The position numbers and the translations under genes were made by a program. A model generated the notes under the pieces. The model had not been told where the DNA came from. It worked only from the letters and a program-made list of their open reading frames with translations, and did no database searches. A stretch of 64,000 bases of DNA from Eledone cirrhosa (taxonomy: Eukaryota): positions 930,001 to 994,000 of the forward strand of contig OZ024752.1 of the NCBI GenBank assembly GCA_964016885.1, in the 5' to 3' direction. Below, piece after piece: positions 62,161 to 64,000 of this stretch (the first letter of the stretch is position 1; the number at the start of each line of letters is the position of its first letter).

Positions 62161-62371
62161 TTTGTTAAGGGATGAACGCCTGCACGATACCCGAGAAAAT
62201 ATCGGCAATGTGTTGATTTATTCAACAATGAACCAACCATAGAATAGGCAGTGCTGGATTATATGTTATGAGTAGCGCTCATGGAATCTCTCTCTTTCTT
62301 TCTCTGTCTCTCAAACACACATACACACACGCTGATATATATATATATATACACACACACGCTGATATATA

Positions 62372-62975
62372 CGAGCGGTGCAAGATGTTTAAAGAAGGAC
62401 GCGAGGACGTGGAAGATGACCTCAGGAGCGGAAGGCCCTCAACAACCAGGACTGAGGTCAACGTTGAGCGCGTCAGGCAGATGGTGCGTAGCGATCGTCG
62501 GCTGACTGTTCGACTGATGGTAAATGAGCTGGGCATGGATCGGGACAGCGTCTGGAAGATTCTCACTGGAGATTTGGACATGCGGAAAGTCTGCGCGAAG
62601 ATGGTGCCAAAACTGCTGAACGATGACCAGAATGGTCGACGCATGCAAATGTGCCAGGACATCCTCGAGCGTCTTGAAACCGAACCAGACTTGCTAGGGA
62701 CAGTCATCACCGGTGATGAGTCATGGATCTTCGAGTACAACCCGGAGGGGACTCGTTTTGAAAACGTGGACGACTTCAAAAAGGCCGTGACGACGGAACT
62801 GCAGAGGATCCCGGAAGAATCCTTCCAGGAGTGCATGCAAACGTGGCAGAAAAGGATGGAAAAGTGCATTAGACTCCGGGGGGATTACTTTGAAGGAGAA
62901 AACTCTTAGTGTGAAGTTTAGGTTTGAAATAAATCTTTTGTGACGTCAGTCCTGGATCTTTTCTGACACACCTCG
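62372..62975 (+). mobile_element. Doubly deleted mariner transposon
   Basis: FKEGREDVEDDLRSGRPST...RKVCAKMVPKLL...VITGDESWIFEYNPE|GTRF...CIRLRGDYFE. 3' TIR ...ttctgacacacctcg|TA; only TA|cgag remains of the 5' TIR. Confidence 0.92.
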
Positions 62976-63448
62976 TATATACACACACACGCTGATATAT
63001 ACACACACACGCTAATATATATATACACACGATGATATATGTATATATACACACAAACTGATATATATACACACACACGCTGATATATATATACACACAC
63101 ACACACGCACACACACACGATGCTTCAAACACACACACGCTGATTTACACACACATACTCACATACACTAATTCCCCCTACAAATACCCCCCCCCCCCCA
63201 CACATGGTGATTCCCAGACACACATACTGATTCAGACACACGCTGATTCACACCCACGCACACATACCCACACACATACAGTATAATTAAAGTCACTGAA
63301 GTAATAACGAATCAATACTGTGAGTAATGTTTTCTTATTTATTAAACAATAGAGATGAGAGCTACTTGAACGTTTAGTCGAAATCAGCTTTTCAGACTGT
63401 GGCAATATTACTAATATCAAAGATCTTATATGAAATCTAATAAGAAAT

Positions 63449-63880
63449 ATAATGGTTTTTGAATTAGACACAAGGTCAACACATTTTGGGGGAGTGAGAG
63501 AAAGTCTATTTAATCGACTCCAGCGCATTACTGGTACTTTATTTCAGCGACTCCCTAAGGATGAAATACAAAGTTAACCTCGCTGGGATTTGAACTCAGA
63601 ACGTAAAGAGACGTAACTATATGCTGCAAATCACATTGTCCGACGCCCTACCGATATTGGCAACCCACTGCCCTTAAAATGGTTTTCGATTTAAGCACAT
63701 GGCCAACAATTTCGGTGGAGGGTAAAGGTCATTAAATTGAACCCAGTGCATTACTGGTACTTTATTTTCTCGCCCTGTAAGGATGGAAGACAACGCTAAC
63801 CTCGGCGGGATTTGAACTCATAACGTAACTATATGCCACAAAACATGTTCCACCCTGCACTAATACTGCCAACCCCCCAC
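63449..63880 (-). mobile_element. Two head-to-tail SINE family A long-form copies
   Basis: Copies at 63449-63673 and 63678-63880. Confidence 0.85.
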
Positions 63881-64000
63881 GATTATAATAAGACATATAA
63901 TAAAAGGAGTATATAATAAGCACAGCAGCGATTTATATCTTGCAGCGTTTTTATATTGTAGACCAGGCATGAAAAACATGCGGCCCGCACAAAGGTTTTA

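Noticed and set aside
63962-64000. Possible hAT MITE end (caggcatg...atgcggcccgc)
   Set aside because: Cut by the window edge; the partner TIR and TSD cannot be seen.

Overview
AT-rich, repeat-dominated eukaryotic intronic/intergenic DNA; the SINE types, 5S sequence and microsatellite load suggest a cephalopod such as Octopus (inference). No intact host gene is evident, and nearly all long ORFs are (TA)n/(CA)n artefacts. The window holds about 25 tRNA-derived SINEs, Penelope-like element (PLE) remnants (RT and GIY-YIG), RTE LINE 3' ends, an internally deleted Helitron, a deleted mariner, several MITEs, a 5S rRNA-derived copy and a 52-bp tandem array with a 4-unit higher-order period. The most striking signal is about 12 type-I hammerhead ribozyme (HHR) motifs from roughly 10 different sequence contexts, read by eye. 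Each lies a short distance upstream of a microsatellite. Many sit at the turn of fold-back (inverted) insertions, and three carry a compensatory U3-A8 core. Coordinates were counted by hand and may be off by a few bases.
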